Positions 1 through 9,727 of a stretch of 32,018 nucleotides of DNA are shown in pieces. How positions within the stretch are numbered: the first letter of the stretch is position 1; each line of letters begins with the position of its first letter. The stretch comes from Planctomycetota bacterium (GTDB lineage Bacteria; Planctomycetota; SZUA-567). The DNA lies in NCBI GenBank assembly GCA_036745875.1, contig DAIOFH010000035.1, positions 1 through 32,018 on the forward strand. The letters are read 5' to 3'. The notes under the pieces are model-generated. The model saw nothing but the letters and a program-made list of their open reading frames with translations, ran no database searches and was not told the origin of the DNA. A program made the position numbers and the translations under genes.

Positions 1-4
1 CGAC

Positions 5-44
5 CAATAAAAAAGGCCGCCTCCCCGCGAGCGGGAAGGCGGCC
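5..44 (-). terminator. Rho-independent terminator downstream of ruvB
   Basis: GC stem 15-26/33-44 (ggccgcctcccc / gggaaggcggcc, one mismatch), loop gcgagc, followed on the minus strand by ttttttatt; lies just past the ruvB stop at 66. Confidence 0.6.
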
Positions 45-65
45 TGTCGCCATGGCTGGCGATTC

Positions 66-1052
66 TTATCTGGATATTTCCTTCACTGTCTCCCACCCCT
101 TCGGGGCCAGCTTCCGCCCGGCGGGAGTTTTCGACAGATATCCCTGCTGTATCAAGTACGGCTCATGAACGTTTTCGAGTGTGTCTTCGGTCTCTCCTAC
201 GGTGACCGCGATAGTCTTCAGTCCAACAGGTCCCCCGTCATGCATGGCGAGCGTTTCCAAAATCCGGCGGTCCATCTCGGTAAGCCCGTTTTTATCGACA
301 CCCAGCATCCGCAAAGCCTCTTCGGCGATTTGCATATCGATGGTGCCGTTCCCCTTTACCTCCGCGACATCCCGCGCCCGCGAAAGAAAGCGGTTGGCAA
401 TTCTGGGCGTCCCCCGGCAGCGCGATGCCAATTCCCACGCGCCGTCATCGGCGAGGCCAACTCCGAGAATGCCTGCCGACCGCCTGAGAATAATTTGCAA
501 TTCCTGCGAATTATAATAATCCAGCCGTTCCAGAATGCCGAACCGCGCCCGGAACGGCGCGGTCAACAAACCGTCCCGCGTCGTCGCGCCGATAAGAGTA
601 AATCGGGGGATGGTAAGGTGAATGCTTTTGGCATACAGGCCGGAATCCATCACAATGTCGATTGTCCAGTCTTCCATCGCGGAGTACAGGTATTCTTCAA
701 CAACCGGCGACATACGGTGAATTTCATCGATAAAAAGGATCTGCCCTTCGCCAAGGCTGGTCAACAGTCCGGCCAGATCGGCGGGCCGCTCGAGAGCGGG
801 TCCGGATGTGGCGTGGGATTCAACCCCCATTTCAGCGGCAACGATACCCGCCAGCGTCGTTTTTCCCAGACCGGGAGGGCCGGACAGGAGAATATGATCG
901 AGCGGTTCGCCGCGCTTTTTGGCTGCGGCTATATATATGCCAAGATTGTGGCAGATTTGTTCCTGACCGGGGAAATCGGCAAAACACTTGGGACGCAGTC
1001 GGTTTTCGAAAATCCTGTCGGTAGGCTCCGTATTGAAGGCGTTTTCCGGCAT
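66..1052 (-). CDS. ruvB: Holliday junction branch migration helicase RuvB
   Basis: Translation has Walker A GPPGLGKTT, DEIHR, and the TIPRFTLIGATTRDGLLTAPFRARFGI motif. Start trimmed to MPENAF (ATG at 1050-1052) because the upstream 43 codons of the ORF have no RuvB counterpart. Confidence 0.9.
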   Translation of the reverse strand: MPENAFNTEPTDRIFENRLRPKCFADFPGQEQICHNLGIYIAAAKKRGEPLDHILLSGPPGLGKTTLAGIVAAEMGVESHATSGPALERPADLAGLLTSLGEGQILFIDEIHRMSPVVEEYLYSAMEDWTIDIVMDSGLYAKSIHLTIPRFTLIGATTRDGLLTAPFRARFGILERLDYYNSQELQIILRRSAGILGVGLADDGAWELASRCRGTPRIANRFLSRARDVAEVKGNGTIDMQIAEEALRMLGVDKNGLTEMDRRILETLAMHDGGPVGLKTIAVTVGETEDTLENVHEPYLIQQGYLSKTPAGRKLAPKGWETVKEISR

Positions 1053-1207
1053 CAGAGTGGTTCCAATAATTATGCGGCAAAATTGGCGCCGCAATTCGTC
1101 AGGCGAGGCGCGAAGAATAGGCGTGACCCAAGCGGTTGTAACTGGGAGCAACGAAGGCTGATGGAAAAAGTGCAAGCCCATTTTGCAGCTTAATTACTGG
1201 AACCGCT

Positions 1208-3904
1208 CTAAAATTGGACATCCTTCAAATCGGCATCGGTGATGGGCGCTTCGATCATCGAATCAGAAAGATAATACACATCGGGATAACGACCTTCGGC
1301 CAACTGATCGACAATAGGCGTATACAACGGCGGCGGACGGTCCATGCCCATAAAACTCTTCGGCGAAAGGGTAAAATAAACGCCTCGGTCATCGGCATTG
1401 CGCTTTTGCACATAGCTCACCGAAAGTTCAAAGGTATCAAGGTCCCGGAATATCGAGACTCGATATTGATTGAAACCATGACGGACACCGGTCTGGTTAT
1501 TTCTCCACTCATTCGAATCCCGCCATTCGTAGCCAACCGCCGCTTCGATGGCGTAGTGGCTTGAGTCATTCCATAATTTGGTTCTGACAGCAAAGAAAGT
1601 CTGGTCGGACTGATCGGAATACGGGTAACGCCAGTATCTTCCGCGATAATGATAATGATTGGCGGTAATGCGGAAGAGATTCCCCAGCCGCCAGTCCGAA
1701 GTTAAAATGGCCCGGTTCACCGTATTATCGTGAGTATCATAATCGATACTTGCGCCCAATGTCAAACGAGGCAGTGGGCGATACGTCACTTCGAAATTAA
1801 TCTCAGTGAACTTTCTGTCGTAGTTGATTTTGGCCTGGTCTTGCCTACGCGGATAATAATAGAATCTCATACTGAAATCAAGGATATCACGCGTGGGAAT
1901 AACAGACCCGGATGCGTTTTCATAATAGCGGCGCTGTAGTTTATTTTGGAGTTCAAAACCCAAACGACGCTGACGATAATAAACGTCATATTCGTCCATG
2001 GGATAAATATTACGGTCATAATCCAATTCGGGCTTGGAATTTTCGAGATAACTAACGATTGGCTCGGTGATGAGACGCCATTGATCGTGGGCACCAAACA
2101 CAGTGTAGAATCGGGTGGACAAATCGGCGCCGAAGGGAACGGCATAATTGGTATCACTCCCGCCTCGCCTCGATAGCTGCCCGGAAGTGAAAACATTAGC
2201 CCTGCGGGCCACAAGATCTGCTGGCAGTAACTCGCCGTCAGGAAGAGGCGTTCCAAGAGTCTTGCTATAATATGTTGTTCGCAATCCGACCCATGGCTTG
2301 AAAGTGAGTGCGTTTGCCACGCGAAGAGGCGCTTCGAGGATAGCTTCATTATGCGCGCGGAAAAATGCACCGAAATGGTTCTTGTCCCAGAGACGGCTTT
2401 GTGAAAGACCCCATTCATCAAGTCCCCATATGCCGCCAGCACTCTCGCGCATGTATTTTACCGCATCTTCGTCAAAGTACTTGTCAACAACACCGACCCG
2501 CATGTCATCCTTGAAGAATAACGGCAGGTTGCCAATTTGCAGTGACGGAACAGTTAAGCGTATTTCAGGATAGTACGCGGTTTGCGTCTGCCACTTGTTG
2601 GATAAACGGGATTGGGCGACAAATTCGAGCTCCCAATGCTTGTCGAGTCGACGGACATCAACAAAATTCTGTGGTTCTTTTTCGTTCCAATATTTACTGG
2701 AATCATATTCCTTGAGATAATCGCGGTCATGGTATAACTTAGCTTCGGCACGGACATCCCATAGTTCGTTAAGTTGCTGGTAGTGTTCCCATTCAACGGC
2801 CCAGCGGAAATCCTTCCGGTACAGTGAGGGGGTCCAGTTCTGATTCCACGAATAAATACGGTCTTCATTATCCCCGATGGCACGGTCATAATCTTGGTCT
2901 TTGGAGATGGCGTGCTCATACACACCGTAAAGCTTGAGCTTGCCCTTCGAATCCCACTGACCCATATTATATCCAAACTCAACGCCTACACCGGTCCCGC
3001 GCTCGGTGAAATAGTCAAGGTCGAAAATAACTTTATCCATGCGGAAATAACGATTGGGATTGTCGTTCCTCAGCTTCCATCCCCACTGCGTCCTGGCAAA
3101 ATAACCAAGGTCACTGGTATGCCCCGCCGAGAAGCGCATCCAGGGCCAGTCGTACTGCAGGTCACGAATCAGGTAGGGAAAGTACAGAACCGGCATGTTA
3201 CCTACCCTGACCGTATTGTGGTATGACTCAATCTTTTCATTGCGCCGCAGAAGTGCTGCTGGCGAGTTGAAATACCATTTGGGCCTGGCAAATGAATCAG
3301 GGGTAATCTTCGCATCAATCAATTCAAATGTTTCTGAATCATGAGCGCGTAGCTCCTGGGCATGAACAAACATACGCCTGATAGGCCCGGCATCCTGCGT
3401 GCTGCTGAGACTTTGCGCCCTGGTCATATCGAGTGACGGCGCTTCATCAAGGAAGTCTTTCACCGGCAGCCGAACATTCTTGTTATCCATCTTCAATCGA
3501 ACGTTCTTGGCAAGGCCCTTCCATTCCTGGTAGTTGAAGGATAACTGATCGCAGTAAAACGCATTGCCATTGGGATCGTCGAAAACGACGTCCCCTTCGG
3601 CATAAATTTCCTGGAGCTCTACGTTCAGGACCATATTACGCGCGGAAACGGTGACTTGCGGCAGGACGATGACGGCATAGTTTCTGAGAATGGCGATGCG
3701 ATGGCCCTGTTCGTCTTCTTCCCAGTCCAGCATTCCGCCGCGGAAGTCGATGCCTTCACCAAGAAGACCTGCCATGCCGCCGGCACCGGAACCTGCTTCG
3801 CCGGAATACGCGGATCCGGCGACTATCCCGAAGGAGATTGCCGGAAATAGCAAGAAGAATAAATGTAGCACCACGCTACTTCTTTTTTGCCTGCGCGACG
3901 GCAT
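1208..3904 (-). CDS. lptD: LPS-assembly outer membrane protein LptD (OstA family), approx. 898 aa
   Basis: N-terminal signal peptide (MPSRRQKRSSVVLHLFFLLFPAISFGIVAGSA), OstA-like beta-jellyroll segment, and a very long aromatic-rich beta-barrel region ending in a C-terminal F. Start chosen at the ATG before the signal peptide. Confidence 0.6.
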   Translation of the reverse strand: MPSRRQKRSSVVLHLFFLLFPAISFGIVAGSAYSGEAGSGAGGMAGLLGEGIDFRGGMLDWEEDEQGHRIAILRNYAVIVLPQVTVSARNMVLNVELQEIYAEGDVVFDDPNGNAFYCDQLSFNYQEWKGLAKNVRLKMDNKNVRLPVKDFLDEAPSLDMTRAQSLSSTQDAGPIRRMFVHAQELRAHDSETFELIDAKITPDSFARPKWYFNSPAALLRRNEKIESYHNTVRVGNMPVLYFPYLIRDLQYDWPWMRFSAGHTSDLGYFARTQWGWKLRNDNPNRYFRMDKVIFDLDYFTERGTGVGVEFGYNMGQWDSKGKLKLYGVYEHAISKDQDYDRAIGDNEDRIYSWNQNWTPSLYRKDFRWAVEWEHYQQLNELWDVRAEAKLYHDRDYLKEYDSSKYWNEKEPQNFVDVRRLDKHWELEFVAQSRLSNKWQTQTAYYPEIRLTVPSLQIGNLPLFFKDDMRVGVVDKYFDEDAVKYMRESAGGIWGLDEWGLSQSRLWDKNHFGAFFRAHNEAILEAPLRVANALTFKPWVGLRTTYYSKTLGTPLPDGELLPADLVARRANVFTSGQLSRRGGSDTNYAVPFGADLSTRFYTVFGAHDQWRLITEPIVSYLENSKPELDYDRNIYPMDEYDVYYRQRRLGFELQNKLQRRYYENASGSVIPTRDILDFSMRFYYYPRRQDQAKINYDRKFTEINFEVTYRPLPRLTLGASIDYDTHDNTVNRAILTSDWRLGNLFRITANHYHYRGRYWRYPYSDQSDQTFFAVRTKLWNDSSHYAIEAAVGYEWRDSNEWRNNQTGVRHGFNQYRVSIFRDLDTFELSVSYVQKRNADDRGVYFTLSPKSFMGMDRPPPLYTPIVDQLAEGRYPDVYYLSDSMIEAPITDADLKDVQF

Positions 3905-4085
3905 AGCTAGAACGTTCTCCCCGCATGGTGAAAGAATAAAGTGAAAAACAATCAGTAATAGTGGCAATTACCCATAATTATCGAAACAGGCGAGGCAAAG
4001 TCAAGCGTCGATACGACAAACGAACGAAACCTTCCGGTACAGGTTGCGCCAGCCAAAACAATACTTTTCCATCGCGAATAAAACC

Positions 4086-4763
4086 CTAACAGCCGATTAT
4101 GGAAATAATCTTCCCGATCACTTCACCGGGAGTCATGGAACTGGTGTCAAGATAATGGATCCCCTTGCCGGACATAGCGTTATCGCGAGCCTCCTTCATC
4201 GGGCCCACTTGATAATCCGCTTCATCGCGCTTGACGATATCGTCATATATTGCCGAAAGTTCGACTTCCCGGCCCGCTTCCAGCATCTCCTTGTAGCGGC
4301 GCTCGGCCCTCGCCTCCGCCGAAGCGGTCAGAAAAAACTTCCAGCGCGCCTTCGGCAGCACTACGGTGCAAATATCCCGCCCTTCCATGACGACAGGCCG
4401 TTTTTCCGCAAACCCTTGCTGCAGCCTGACCATATGTGATCGGATCGCCGGCACCCTGGCGGCGAATTTCACATTCTGCGCCACCTCCGGGGAACGTATA
4501 TCCGAGGAGACGTCGGCACCGTCAAGCATGATCCGCGTGCCGCTGGGATCAAACTCAAGCCGTGACGAAAGCGCAACGCCGGCCATGACCTCGGGATCTT
4601 CCAGGTCGACGCCGAGCCGCAGCGCCTTCAGGGCGACGGCACGGTACATCGCCCCGGTATCGACGTAGAGGAACCCCTTCGCCTCGGCGACTTGTTTGGC
4701 AACGCTTGACTTGCCCGCGCCGGCGGGGCCGTCGATGGCCACCGCATCCTGTGAATTTTCCAT
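4086..4763 (-). CDS. cmk: Cytidylate kinase
   Basis: AIDGPAGAGKSSVAK P-loop and the YVDTGAMYR motif typical of Cmk. Start at MENSQ (ATG 4761-4763), 4 nt after the rpiB stop; an alternative ATG at 4773-4775 overlaps rpiB. Confidence 0.85.
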   Translation of the reverse strand: MENSQDAVAIDGPAGAGKSSVAKQVAEAKGFLYVDTGAMYRAVALKALRLGVDLEDPEVMAGVALSSRLEFDPSGTRIMLDGADVSSDIRSPEVAQNVKFAARVPAIRSHMVRLQQGFAEKRPVVMEGRDICTVVLPKARWKFFLTASAEARAERRYKEMLEAGREVELSAIYDDIVKRDEADYQVGPMKEARDNAMSGKGIHYLDTSSMTPGEVIGKIISIIGC

Positions 4764-4767
4764 CCCG

Positions 4768-5220
4768 TTACCCATTCGGATGATCGATGCGGTAGATGCG
4801 GCGAATATGGCGTTCCGCGTTGGAGAACGGGGTATTGAGCCAGGCATCGAGGATGTCGACCTGCGGGTCGACGGACGGCGCGCGGCCGGGCATTACCAAA
4901 ATATTCGAATCATTGTGTTCGCGGGCAAGCTTGGCGAATTCCACAGTCACGCACAAGGCGGCGCGGATGCCGGGAACGCGGTTGGCCACATAGCTCATGC
5001 CAAGGCCGGTGCCGCACAACAACACCGCCTTCGGAAAATCGCCTCGGGCCACGGCTTCCGCGACCGGACGCGCGACCTCGGGATAGTCCCCGGCCCCGTC
5101 CTGGACGGCAGTGTAGTCCGTCACCTCCCACCCCAGATCCTGAAGGTGTTTTTTAAGCTGCTCCTTCACATCGAAGGCAGCATGGTCAGAACCAATGGCA
5201 ATTTTTTTCACTTCGCTCAT
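4768..5220 (-). CDS. rpiB: Ribose-5-phosphate isomerase B
   Basis: 150 aa, MSEVKKIAIGSDHAAFDVKEQL...CGTGLGMSYVANRVPGIRAA, a typical RpiB/LacAB fold. Confidence 0.85.
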   Translation of the reverse strand: MSEVKKIAIGSDHAAFDVKEQLKKHLQDLGWEVTDYTAVQDGAGDYPEVARPVAEAVARGDFPKAVLLCGTGLGMSYVANRVPGIRAALCVTVEFAKLAREHNDSNILVMPGRAPSVDPQVDILDAWLNTPFSNAERHIRRIYRIDHPNG

Positions 5221-5252
5221 GACATCCCCTTTTTACAAAGAAATAAAAACTA

Positions 5253-5268
5253 GAGAAAACGTTTTTGC
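5253..5268. promoter_or_regulatory. 16-bp near-perfect palindrome GAGAAAACGTTTTTGC (CG-centred) between the tsaC stop and rpiB start
   Basis: Central AAAACGTTTT is self-complementary. On the minus strand it sits inside a TTAAAA-N17-TAGTTT sigma-70-like spacer ahead of rpiB. It resembles LacI/PurR-type CG-centred operators. Confidence 0.3.
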
Positions 5269-5271
5269 TTT

Positions 5272-5901
5272 TTAAGTATCGAAGTCCCAAATGGTCGCGA
5301 GGTCGCGTCGCGTGATCGCTCCCTCCCGCAGAATGTCGAATCCCCCATCCTTGTCTGCCAGAACGACAGTGGAGGCTGTGCCAACCGCGCATACGCCACC
5401 GTCAACGAGCAGATCCACAGCGGATCCAAATACATCCGCGGCACCGGCGTCGACAGGCGGCGGCTGCCCGCCCGGATTGGCGCTGGAAGTGGCGACCGCC
5501 CGCCCGAATTTCTTTATGACCGCCAGGGCAAAGCCATGGTCGGGAATTCTCAACCCGAGGGTCCCGCCCTCTTTATCCGGCACGATCAGGGTCAGCGGTC
5601 CAGGCCAGTATTGGTCGGCGAGGTGCGTGGCCCCCCGGGAAAACTGCCCCCCCATGGCCAAACCCATCCGGACATCGGCGATCAAAAGCTGGAACGGCTT
5701 GTCCGCGTCCCGCCCCTTCAGGCTTCGTAGACGCGCCACCGCCTCGCGGTTCGCCGCATCGACGCCAATGCCGTAAACCGTTTCCGTCGGAAAAATGACG
5801 ATTCCGCCGGATGCAAGCGTTTCCACGGCCGCAGTAACGGCATCGGCGAAATCCGCAGCCAACAGCTTCCGTATGTGCGCCATGGTGCCAAGACCTATCA
5901 T
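5272..5901 (-). CDS. tsaC: L-threonylcarbamoyladenylate synthase (Sua5/YrdC/TsaC family)
   Basis: ETVYGIGVDAAN motif and YrdC-fold length. The start ATG at 5899-5901 overlaps the upstream PPIase stop (ATGA at 5898-5901). Confidence 0.8.
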   Translation of the reverse strand: MIGLGTMAHIRKLLAADFADAVTAAVETLASGGIVIFPTETVYGIGVDAANREAVARLRSLKGRDADKPFQLLIADVRMGLAMGGQFSRGATHLADQYWPGPLTLIVPDKEGGTLGLRIPDHGFALAVIKKFGRAVATSSANPGGQPPPVDAGAADVFGSAVDLLVDGGVCAVGTASTVVLADKDGGFDILREGAITRRDLATIWDFDT

Positions 5902-7088
5902 TCCTTGCCAAAGTCGGGAGTATCGGGAAAAACAAGTTTGCCGTCCCTGATGGCCTTTTCCTTGAGCCTGGTCATGAAATCACCGGCGGCGGCGAAAAAG
6001 AACTTGTCTTCGTAATCCGCCAACACCTTTTCCCTGACATCCTCGAACCGGGGCAGCTTCCGCTCCCTGCGCTCTTCGACACGGACTATATGGTATCCCA
6101 TGCCGGTACGGATGGGAGCGGACATCGCGCCGGTCCGCAGCGAAAAAGCCGCATCCTCAAGCTCGCGCATCAACGCCCCACGCTCCACCCAGCGTGACGT
6201 TGTCGAACCGGAAGCAAAGGAACCCGCCACATCGCGGAAATCCTCGCCCATCCGCAAGCGCGTATGAGCCTCCAGGGCCAGCTTCTCCGCCTCAACCCAT
6301 CCTTCCCTGGAATACTCGGCATCGCCGTCGGGTCCTGCCGGAGGGGCGATGAATATCTGGGAGATCCGCACCCGGTCGGGTTCGATATAATCCGCCTGGC
6401 ACTCGGCGTAAAAAACGCGGAGCTGCTCCTCGGTCGGTTTCAGCGAAGCCTGCATCACCTTCCTGAGCGCCAGTTCCGCCCATACCGAACGCTCGACATA
6501 TTCATCCAAGCCCATCCCCGACGCGGCGCGCGCGAGTTCATCCCGGCCAGTAAGCTTTGGAAAAATCAGCGACAGCCCGCGCATATGCTCGTCGAGGCGA
6601 TCGGAAATTTCCTTCTCCGTGACGGCGAGGCCGAGTTTTTCCAGCTCATTTTCCAAAATCGCCTTGCCGACCATCCAGTCGAATGTTTCCCTGCCTTTGC
6701 GCTCCCATAGTTCGCGCATCACGTCACGATCGGTTATTTCCCGGTTTTCAATGCGGGCGAGCGTTTTCACCGAAGACTCAACGGAATCCGGCTCGGCGGA
6801 ATCGCCTGTCGTTCCAGACGCTGCGTACACTGTCGACTGGGTTTGCGAAGAGCCGTAGTAAACCTGCGGCGCGGCCGCGGATGACGAGCCCGTGTCCCTG
6901 ATGCTTGCCGTTCCCCGTTGCGTCGGAAGAGCCACCGTAACGCGGGCATTCGGTTGCACCGGCCGGGAACCGGAGCGGAAAGGGTCCAGGGAAGTCTCGG
7001 GCGGCATCGGCGCATCACCTGCCGCGAGGCGTCCCATAGGCATAAGCAGGAAAAAAAGTGAGAGAAAAAGGGGAAAAATACGCTTCAC
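5898..7088 (-). CDS. Secreted SurA/PpiD-like peptidyl-prolyl cis-trans isomerase (parvulin/PpiC domain)
   Basis: Signal peptide MKRIFPLFLSLFFLLMPMGRLAAG, a Ser/Thr/Gly-rich linker of about 90 aa, a chaperone-like helical region, and a C-terminal parvulin segment (GEDFRDVAGSFASGST...GYHIVRVEE). Its start overlaps the upstream gene stop (ATGA at 7085-7088). Confidence 0.75.
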   Translation of the reverse strand: MKRIFPLFLSLFFLLMPMGRLAAGDAPMPPETSLDPFRSGSRPVQPNARVTVALPTQRGTASIRDTGSSSAAAPQVYYGSSQTQSTVYAASGTTGDSAEPDSVESSVKTLARIENREITDRDVMRELWERKGRETFDWMVGKAILENELEKLGLAVTEKEISDRLDEHMRGLSLIFPKLTGRDELARAASGMGLDEYVERSVWAELALRKVMQASLKPTEEQLRVFYAECQADYIEPDRVRISQIFIAPPAGPDGDAEYSREGWVEAEKLALEAHTRLRMGEDFRDVAGSFASGSTTSRWVERGALMRELEDAAFSLRTGAMSAPIRTGMGYHIVRVEERRERKLPRFEDVREKVLADYEDKFFFAAAGDFMTRLKEKAIRDGKLVFPDTPDFGKE

Positions 7089-8137
7089 TTGTAATTGTCC
7101 CGCAGGGTATTGAAAAAGGCTTCGCCAGCCTTGAAAAAGGCGGTCACGCCCTTTTCCGCCGCATCGCGGATTTCCGTGGCGGTCTCCCGCCAGCCGGACT
7201 CTTCGGCTCCGGGTTGGCCAGAGGCGAATTCTCCCCAGAAGGCGAGGCCCGAAGTGGCGCAGCCTTCTTCCATTTCCAGGTCTTCCGGCGTTTGTACGGC
7301 GCCTGAAAGGATTTTTTCAGGAGCGCCGGAGGAAACCCATTCGGAAAGGTCGAGTATCCTGATAAGCCCCCCGGAATTATTGCGGTTGAGGGCGGAAGCG
7401 AAGCGCTGCCAGCGGCTCTTGTCCCAATCCTTGTCGCGGGAGGCGGCTTCAAGGCCCTGCAAGCGCAGACGGTCGGGGTCGACAATTCCTCCCCATGCCT
7501 TTGATCCCGCGCCGGAGATGCGACCCAACAGCACGTTGACACGGTCCGCGCCCAATTGGAGGCAGGCGGCGCGGTCGGCGGACATCGCGGCATAGCGCCG
7601 CCAATTTTCAAAAGCCCACGACAGCATAAAGGCGGGCGCGCCGACGATGCCGGAAAAATCCTGCACCCAGCGCAAAAATTCCGCCGCCGCGATATTGGTC
7701 GCGTTCCCAAGCCTGACGGAGCCCGCGATCATCGCCAGCAATACCTGCATTTCATCGACGGAAAGTTCGTCCAGCAGACGGGAAGACAACAGTGCGCGCG
7801 GCGCGGCGTTGCCGCCTTTCAGGATCCAGGGCTGCGCGTCGCAGTCGCAGATATGGAGCGTCATTTCAGGCAGGCCCGCCTGTTCGAGGCAGTCCTGCCA
7901 TTTCTTGAACAGCTTCGGGTAGACTTCGGTGCCGACCTTGACCATGGAGGCAAGTTCCACCAGGCGCTCCGCCTTGCCGCCGCCGTGATCGGACATAAGG
8001 TCGATCAATTTTGCAAAGCCGGGGGCTTTTTCAAGCTTCCCCAGGGCATCCTTTTCACCGGGATGACGGTAGAGTTCCGGATTGATTTCCTTGAACGGCA
8101 TGACATTTTCCGTCTTTTTCTTGTGGGACTCGGTCAT
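7085..8137 (-). CDS. M48 (HtpX/Ste24-like) metallopeptidase homolog lacking the HExxH zinc site (probable pseudo-peptidase)
   Basis: M48-like layout (LHICDCDAQPWILKGGNAA; LSVDEMQVLLAMIAGSVRLGN in the place of LSxxELxAVLAHELGH; ENWRRYAAMSADRAA in the place of ExxADRxA), with His/Glu ligands replaced. Start at MTESHKK (ATG 8135-8137), preceded by GGAGGAG. Confidence 0.5.
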   Translation of the reverse strand: MTESHKKKTENVMPFKEINPELYRHPGEKDALGKLEKAPGFAKLIDLMSDHGGGKAERLVELASMVKVGTEVYPKLFKKWQDCLEQAGLPEMTLHICDCDAQPWILKGGNAAPRALLSSRLLDELSVDEMQVLLAMIAGSVRLGNATNIAAAEFLRWVQDFSGIVGAPAFMLSWAFENWRRYAAMSADRAACLQLGADRVNVLLGRISGAGSKAWGGIVDPDRLRLQGLEAASRDKDWDKSRWQRFASALNRNNSGGLIRILDLSEWVSSGAPEKILSGAVQTPEDLEMEEGCATSGLAFWGEFASGQPGAEESGWRETATEIRDAAEKGVTAFFKAGEAFFNTLRDNYK

Positions 8138-8203
8138 TTTCGGTTCTCCTCCAAAGAAAGCATCCCTCACGCGAATCGTGCGCCGACGCATACTGCAACT
8201 GAG

Positions 8204-8962
8204 CTATGCCGGCTTCCATTCGCTCTGCAACAAATCCAGCATGCGCTGGTCGGTCATTTCGTGGCGCATCGGCGTTATGGTCGCGAAGCCGTCCGACAGC
8301 GCCCTGGCGTCGCAGTCGCTGTCGATCGCGGGGTCCAGCCAATCCGCTCCAAGGGTATAGCTGCCCGGCTGGCTGTGGGGAATCATGTTGTCGAGGTAGC
8401 CGCCGCTGCCGTGGCGCGTCAGCTTCAGTCCCTTGATTTTGTCGACAGGGAGCGAAGGCACGTTGAGGTTGAACATCAGGCGGGACTCCGCCCTGGACAA
8501 CTCCAGTAGTTTCTCGGAAGCGAGTCGGGCATAGTGTTTCGCGCCGGCCCAATTGGTGGGAAGGTCGTAATCCACTGAGACGGCCAGTGCGGGAAAACCG
8601 GAAACAAGGCCTTCAAAAGCCGCCCCGACTGTGCCGGAGCAACGCACATTCCTGCCGACGTTGGCGCCAAGGTTGATGCCGCTGACGACCAGGCGGGGCG
8701 GATTGTTTTTCAGCAAGTGCTGAAGGCCGTACTTCACGGCGTCCGCCGGAGTGCCGTCGATGGACCAGCGTTCCTTGACGCCGGGCCAATCGGAATGGCG
8801 CTTTGCGCTCATGGGGTCGGAGATGGTGATGGACATGCCCACACCCGACCGGTTCTTGGACGGAGCCGAAATATACAGGTCGTCCAGCCCGGACAACGCC
8901 TGCGCCAACTCACGCAGGCCTTCCGCGTCCACGCCGTCGTCGTTTGCCAATAATATGCTCAT
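8204..8962 (-). CDS. surE: 5'/3'-nucleotidase SurE
   Basis: MSILLANDDGVDAEGLRELAQAL... with the N-terminal DDG motif and SurE length (252 aa). Confidence 0.85.
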   Translation of the reverse strand: MSILLANDDGVDAEGLRELAQALSGLDDLYISAPSKNRSGVGMSITISDPMSAKRHSDWPGVKERWSIDGTPADAVKYGLQHLLKNNPPRLVVSGINLGANVGRNVRCSGTVGAAFEGLVSGFPALAVSVDYDLPTNWAGAKHYARLASEKLLELSRAESRLMFNLNVPSLPVDKIKGLKLTRHGSGGYLDNMIPHSQPGSYTLGADWLDPAIDSDCDARALSDGFATITPMRHEMTDQRMLDLLQSEWKPA

Positions 8963-8998
8963 GCAACCCCTCTCAAAAAACAGTGACCCGAAACTCGA

Positions 8999-9727
8999 TC
9001 ACGCCCGTTCCGTATACAAAACCCTCAAGGCGGCGGTGTCGACGCCAAGGGCGCGCTCAAGATAGTTTTTCATGCCGCCGTAATTTCCCTCAATCGACTT
9101 GAAAGCGGATTCAAGGTATGACCTGCGAACGCCGAGAAGCGCCTTGTGGGCTTCCGTCTTGGCCCATTTGGCGGAGACTTCGGCCAGGTTTTTGCTGGAA
9201 ATCATATAATCGTCGAAAATGGTCTGGTCATCGACGCCGAGGGCGGCGAGGAACAAAGCAGCGCCAAATCCGGTACGATCCTTTCCCGCCAGACAGTGAA
9301 AAACCAGCGGCGCATTCGACGAGTTGGCGAGACAGGCGAAGAATCGCCGGTATTGATCGGTGAAATCGTTGGCAAGCGAGGCGTAGATGTCCCTCATCTG
9401 TTTTTCGGCGGTTTCGCCCGTGAGGACATCGGAGGAAAAAATCTCCATCACCTGCGCCGTGTCGATGGAAAGGTGCTGGACGTGCAGGACGCCCGGCGCG
9501 ACCTTGTCAGGGCGCTGCTTTGTTTCGAACTTGTCGCGAAAATCGATATAGGTCTTTATGCCGAGGCGGGACAGGGCAACGAGGTCGTTGTCGGTCAAAC
9601 GCGACAGGTCGTCCGCGCGGTATACCTTGCCCCATACGGTTTTCCCGCCGCCTTGCACGGGATATCCGCCGAGGTCGCGAAAATTGTAACATCCTTCCAG
9701 TTTGAGGGTGCGGTTCTGTTTCGGCAT
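8999..9727 (-). CDS. Protein-tyrosine phosphatase (CX5R, Y_phosphatase3-like)
   Basis: Catalytic loop VFHCLAGKDRTG. Start trimmed to MPKQNRT (ATG 9725-9727); the longer ORF begins at a non-ATG codon. Confidence 0.7.
   Translation of the reverse strand: MPKQNRTLKLEGCYNFRDLGGYPVQGGGKTVWGKVYRADDLSRLTDNDLVALSRLGIKTYIDFRDKFETKQRPDKVAPGVLHVQHLSIDTAQVMEIFSSDVLTGETAEKQMRDIYASLANDFTDQYRRFFACLANSSNAPLVFHCLAGKDRTGFGAALFLAALGVDDQTIFDDYMISSKNLAEVSAKWAKTEAHKALLGVRRSYLESAFKSIEGNYGGMKNYLERALGVDTAALRVLYTERA

Noticed and set aside
165-1193. 342-aa plus-strand ORF
   Set aside because: It is antisense to ruvB, which has clear Walker motifs
7556-8509. 317-aa plus-strand ORF
   Set aside because: It is antisense to the M48-like and surE genes and has no motifs
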